A stretch of DNA of 59,150 nucleotides from SAR324 cluster bacterium (GTDB lineage Bacteria; SAR324; XYD2-FULL-50-16): the NCBI GenBank assembly GCA_028280735.1, contig JANQLH010000170.1, positions 1 to 59,150 of the forward strand, in the 5' to 3' direction. The position numbers were made by a program, and so were the translations under genes. This document shows, piece by piece, positions 53,001 to 59,000 of the stretch; within the stretch, counting starts at the first letter, position 1; each line of letters opens with the position of its first letter. The notes under the pieces are model-generated. The model was not told the origin of the DNA and ran no database searches. It worked only from the letters and a program-made list of their open reading frames with translations.

Positions 53001-56000
53001 GAGATGGATATGTTCCCGGTGAAGGTGTGGGCGCTGTTCTATTGAAAAGAAAAAGCAAAGCCGTCGAAGATGGTGACCATATATATGGTATCATCAAGTC
53101 GAGCGCCATTAATCATGGCGGAAAAACCAACGGATACTCTGTACCCAGCCCTCAAGCGCAGGCACAAGTCATTGAAAATGCATTCCGTAAATCCGGTGTT
53201 CACCCCAGGTCAGTAAGCTACCTGGAAGCCCACGGAACAGGCACTGCCTTGGGTGATCCCATAGAGATCGAGGGATTGAGCAGAGTCTTCAAACAGACCA
53301 CAGGGGACAATCAATTCTGTGCAATCGGTTCTGTCAAATCCAATATCGGCCATTGTGAAAGCGCTGCCGGAATTGCGGGACTAACAAAAGTGTTACTTCA
53401 ATTAAAGCATAAAAAGCACGTACCTTCATTGCACACCAGTTTGTTAAATCAAAAAATCGACTGGAAACAAACGCCATTTGTCGTCCAGCAAAAAATGGAA
53501 GGCTGGCAGCAGCCCCAATTGACAATTAACGGCAAAGCAGAACTGTTTCCCAGAATCGCCGGAATATCCTCGTTCGGAGCGGGTGGGTCCAATGCTCATG
53601 TATTAATAGAAGAGCACGATGACAGTTCCATAACAAACAGATTCGATCCGAAAACTTATCCCCACCCGGCATTGGTCGTCCTATCTGCCAGAACCAGCGA
53701 ACAGCTTCAACTTCAGATTGAGCGCCTATCAACATATCTTCAAAACAACGAGCTTTCCCACCTGGATCTGTTTCGTATTGCTTACACACTTCAGGTCGGT
53801 CGTGAGCAAATGACAGAACGCGTTGCCTTTGCAGCAGCATCCTTGCGTCAAATGGAAGAAAAACTGGCAGCTTGCTTAAGCGGAACAGAACCCCCGGCAG
53901 ATGTTTTTTGGGGAAAAGCTCATGCTGATAATAATATCCAATTTGAGATTGATCCTGAAGAGTCATCACAACATGTCGTCAGGCAGTATCTGGCAACGTC
54001 AGATTATCAAAAGCTGTTGCAAAGTTGGACCAGGGGACTCCCAATCGATTGGCAACTATTGTATGACTATCAAACACCGCAACGTATCAGCTTACCCTCC
54101 TATCCATACTCACGTAAACGTTGTTGGTATGCCAGTGCTGAAGCAGCAACAGAACTACACCCGCTTTTTGTTAAGAACATCTCAATAGGTACGGAGCAGA
54201 AATTCTTGTCACGTTTCAATGGTGAAGAGTTTTTCCTGCAGGATCATCAGGTAAGAAATCAAAAAATCCTGCCTGGGGTAATATTTCTTGAGATGGCCAG
54301 GGCTGCAGGAAATTTGGCAACGGATCAACCCATCACTCAGGTAAAAGACATTGTTTTCAGGCAACAACTGGCCGTTGACAGCAAAGGCAAGGAAGTGGTT
54401 GTTGAATTGGATTCACAATCTGAAGATATGAATTTTGCGATCTGCTCCCACGAAGAAAATGACAACCAAACAGTTTATTGTAAAGGCGAGCTTGTTTTGG
54501 GCTCCCACCATAAGCCAACTGTCGGGAAACACAACATTCAAAAAATTCAAAACCGTTGCACTTCCAGCATTCCGGGAAAAGAATGTTACACCTTACTTGA
54601 GCAATCCGGTTTGAATTATGGCAAAAGCTTTCAAGCCATTCAAAGGCTGCATTACAACGAAACCGAAACACTTGCAGAACTTGCCCTGCCTTTTGAATCA
54701 AACAAGTATCTGCTGCCCCCGGGATTGTTGGATGCTGCCTTGCAAGCTTGTATGGGTTTATCGCTTTCACAGCAGATTGACAAAGAAAAGCAGTTATACC
54801 TGCCAATCGCCATTGACCGCGTAATCCTGCACCAAACTCCTCAATCCCATGGATTTGCTTATGTACGATACACTCCTGGTAGCGGCCCCGGCAAAAAAGC
54901 CATTAAATTCGATATCGATCTCCTGAATCAACAAGGGGATATTTGCATTTCACTGAAGCAATTTACAACGATGGCTACAACGAGCAAATCAAAAAACCAA
55001 TCCCACAAGTCCGTCATGAAGGGCATTCTAACGACAACACCTCAATGGTGCAACAAACCAATCACCAGACCGCAACAATTTAACACTGCGATACCATTAA
55101 CCCTGTTTATGGGAGGATTTAAGAAAGCCACTGTTTATGAGGTACGGAAGACATTTAAACATCTGACCGTATTCAATCTTCCCTGTGTTGCATCGGCGCA
55201 ACCGCAGGATTTAATCACAACCTTTCAGAGCCTCTATTCTCATATACGGTCAATTCTGGAACAAACACCAAAAACTGACCAACATATACTCTTTCTGGTA
55301 CCGAGTGATGCGAAAAAAAGATTGCACACTTTTGTCAGTGGCCTCCTTAAAACAGCGTTTCTAGAGCATTCGAAAATCAAAAGCAAAGTTGTCGAAGTGT
55401 ATTCGGAGATCCCTTCTGCCGTCTGCGACATAGTCAAACAGGAGCAGATAGTTGGGACCTTTGATGACTTTGATGTACGCTACCGTGATCACTCCCTGCG
55501 GGAAGTCATCCGGTTCCAAAAAACGGATCTCGCATCTCCTTCCGATGAACTGGCGGTCAGGGCAGGAGGTGTCTACTGGATAACCGGGGGATTAGGAGGT
55601 CTTGGAAAGATTTTCACCGAATATCTCGGTCAAAACAGTGAAGCAACCATCATTCTCAGTGGACGATCAAAAACAAATCCCTCCATTGAAGAGGAGCTGG
55701 AAAAGCTTAGACAAAATGACATCACTGTTTCCTATATCACCTGCGATGTTAGCCGGCTCGACGAAGTTGAATCCGCATACAATCAGATTAAAGCAGATTA
55801 TGGAAAACTCGACGGGATTATTCATGGCGCCGGAACCGTCCTGGACAGTTTTATTTTAAATAAGACTGAAGAAACTATTATCACAGTCCTAAATCCAAAA
55901 ATCAGAGGATTGATCAATATAGACACGGTTACCAGGAATGAAAATCTGGAATTTTTGATGCTGGTATCATCTGTTGCAGGGGCGCTGGGAAATATTGGCC

Positions 56001-59000
56001 AATGTGACTATGCCGCAGCCAATGCTTTTTTGGATACCTACGCTGACTATCGTCAAACCCTGGTGCAGGAAAAGCATCGCTTCGGCAAAACAATCAGTGT
56101 TAACTGGCCCTTATGGCAAGATGGTGGAATGCGCATCTCCAAAGAGGCCGAAGAAATGATGCGACAAAGTACAGGAATGATTCCCCTGGAAACTTTTCAA
56201 GGCATACAAATCTTGAATGAAATCCTTAACACCGGAACAAACCGTGTGATGGTGATGGCAGGAGATGTCACCCAAATTGAGCAACAACTGTTTTCAAGAT
56301 TAGACACCACCAAAACACGACCAGACCATAAAATAAAAACTCCGGAGTTTGACCATCAACAAGCCAAAAGCGACATTTTGCAACTGTTGAAACAAGATGT
56401 TTTCAGCATCCTCAAAGTCGAAACCGAAGAACTGGATAACCATACCAAGATCAACGAATATGGATTTGATTCAGTTTCGTTGACCGAATTTGCCGGCCTT
56501 TTAAACGACCAATATCAGCTGGAACTGACACCGGCAGATTTTTTTGAAATCGCAACGCTCGATAGAATCGCAGATTATGTATTGGAAAACCATCAGCCTC
56601 AGATCCCTCCATCTTCCTATTTATCTTCTGAAGAAACGACCATTGCGTCTCAGGTAGTCCCTGTCCGGCACTCTGCAGATGTGATTGAAAATCACCCGGA
56701 AACAGCCCAACAAGGACCAATAGCCATCATTGGAGTCAGTGGTAGGTTTCCCATGGCTGAGGATATAGATGATTTTTGGCAAAATCTGCTTGAAGGCAAA
56801 GACTGTATTGAAAATGTTCCCGTTGATCGTTGGGATTGGAAAGCGACCTTGGATAATCCCTCGGATGAAAACATACAAAGCGGCGTCAAATGGGGTGGAT
56901 TCATAAAGGGGATTGAAGAATTTGATCCAATATTCTTTGGTATATCCCCCAATGAGGCAGTGCTCATGGATCCCCAACAGCGATTGTTAATGATGTATGT
57001 CTGGAAAGCTGTTGAAGATGCCGGATACTCACCACAAAAGCTAGCCGGTTCGAAAACCGGTATCTTTGTTGCGACAGGAGCGACCGGCTATCAGCAACTG
57101 GTTTCTAAAGCAGGGCTTCCCACTGAAGGTTATACGTCCACCGGTTTAACGCCGTCTGTCGGCCCGAACCGGATGAGTTATTTTCTTGATATTCATGGTC
57201 CCAGTGAACCTATAGAAACAGCATGTTCTTCCTCATTGGTGGCTATTCACCGAGCCGTTGGAGCAATTGCCGACAAAAGCTGTGATTTGGCAATTGTGGG
57301 AGGAGTTAATACGATTGTTACCCCCGATGGCCACGTCGGTTTCAGCAAAGCAGGTATGCTTAGCAAAGAAGGACGTTGTAAAACGTTTTCCGACAAGGCT
57401 GATGGTTATGTGAGAGGTGAAGGTGTCGGTATGATTGTTTTGAAATCGCTAAAAGCTGCGGAGCTGGCACGGGATCAAATCTATGGTGTCATTCTATCCA
57501 CTGCCGAAAATCACGGTGGCAGGGCCAACTCGTTAACCGCTCCCAACCCGATTGCTCAAGCAGAACTGTTGAAAGAAGCATACACCAAAATTGGAATAGA
57601 TCCGACCACCATTGGCTACATTGAAACTCATGGCACCGGAACAAAAATAGGAGATCCGATCGAGATAAACGGTCTGAAATCCGCTTTTGAACAACTGGAT
57701 TGGCACACAAAGGACCAAAGAACAAACAATAAACATTGCGGCCTGGGATCGGTCAAAACGAACATTGGCCACCTGGAACTGTCAGCGGGGGTCGCCGGCG
57801 TCATTAAAGTCCTGCTCCAGCTAAAGCACAAAATCCTGGTAAAAAGCCTTCATTGTGACACCATTAATCCCTATATCAATCTGGAAGACAGTCCGTTTTA
57901 TATTGTCAATGAAAACCAGGAATGGAGACCTCCCCAAAACGCACAAGGGGCAATACTCCCACGTCGGGCCGGGATCAGTTCATTTGGTTTCGGTGGCACC
58001 AATGCTCACATTGTCGTTGAAGAATATATTTCCGAGGACCAACAACCAACAAAAATCAATCATAACAAAACACAAAGCGCAATCATCGTACTTTCCGCCA
58101 AAGACGCAGACCGATTGCGCGATCAAGCGTCACACTTTCTTAGACACGTGCAAAAGCAACAATACACCAGCACTGATCTGATGGACGTCGCATTTACTCT
58201 TCAAGTTGGTCGAGACGCCATGGAAGAACGATTGGCAATTATTGCCAACAATTCCCAACAACTGGAAGAGAAGCTCCAACATTTTCTCGAAAGGCACCAA
58301 GGGACTGATGGTCTATATTACGGCAGAGCCCAACAACAGTTACAGGACCAGCAGGAAGATATTGAAAAATGGATTCGAGAAAAAGAATTCAGCAAGTTAC
58401 TTCATAGCTGGGTCCAAGGGGCTGTCGTTGATTGGAATCTGCTTTATGACACCCCACTCCCACGCCGTATCAGCCTGCCAACATATCCGTTTGCCAGGGA
58501 GTTTTATTGGATAAAAGGTTCCGGATTGACTACCAATGATAATAAAATCGTTGCGACGAGCTCTTCCCCCGGTGCTCATCCACTTTTGCATCACAATACA
58601 TCCACCTTGCTGGAACAACGATTCAGCTCTCAATTCACCGGTCATGAGCCCTTTTTTAACGATCACATAATCAACAACAAAAAAGTACTTCCTGCAACAG
58701 CCTATCTTGAAATGGCAAGAGAAGCTATATCCCGGGCAGCCAGTGAGCTATATGATGATCAGGCACATATCCGCCTAAAAAACATCATGTGGATTCACCC
58801 GATTATAGCTTCCAACGCACCGGTAGTAGTCAACATTAATCTCAGGTACGAGGAAACAACGGAAGAAATTGCTTTCGAAATAGCGCAACAAGAGAGTTTA
58901 AGCCAGGTCATAAACTGCCGCGGAATTGCGTCCTTCAGCGAAGAGCCCCAAATCTCCACACTCGATTTGGAAGCGGTTAAACAACAGTGTCGGCAAAAGC

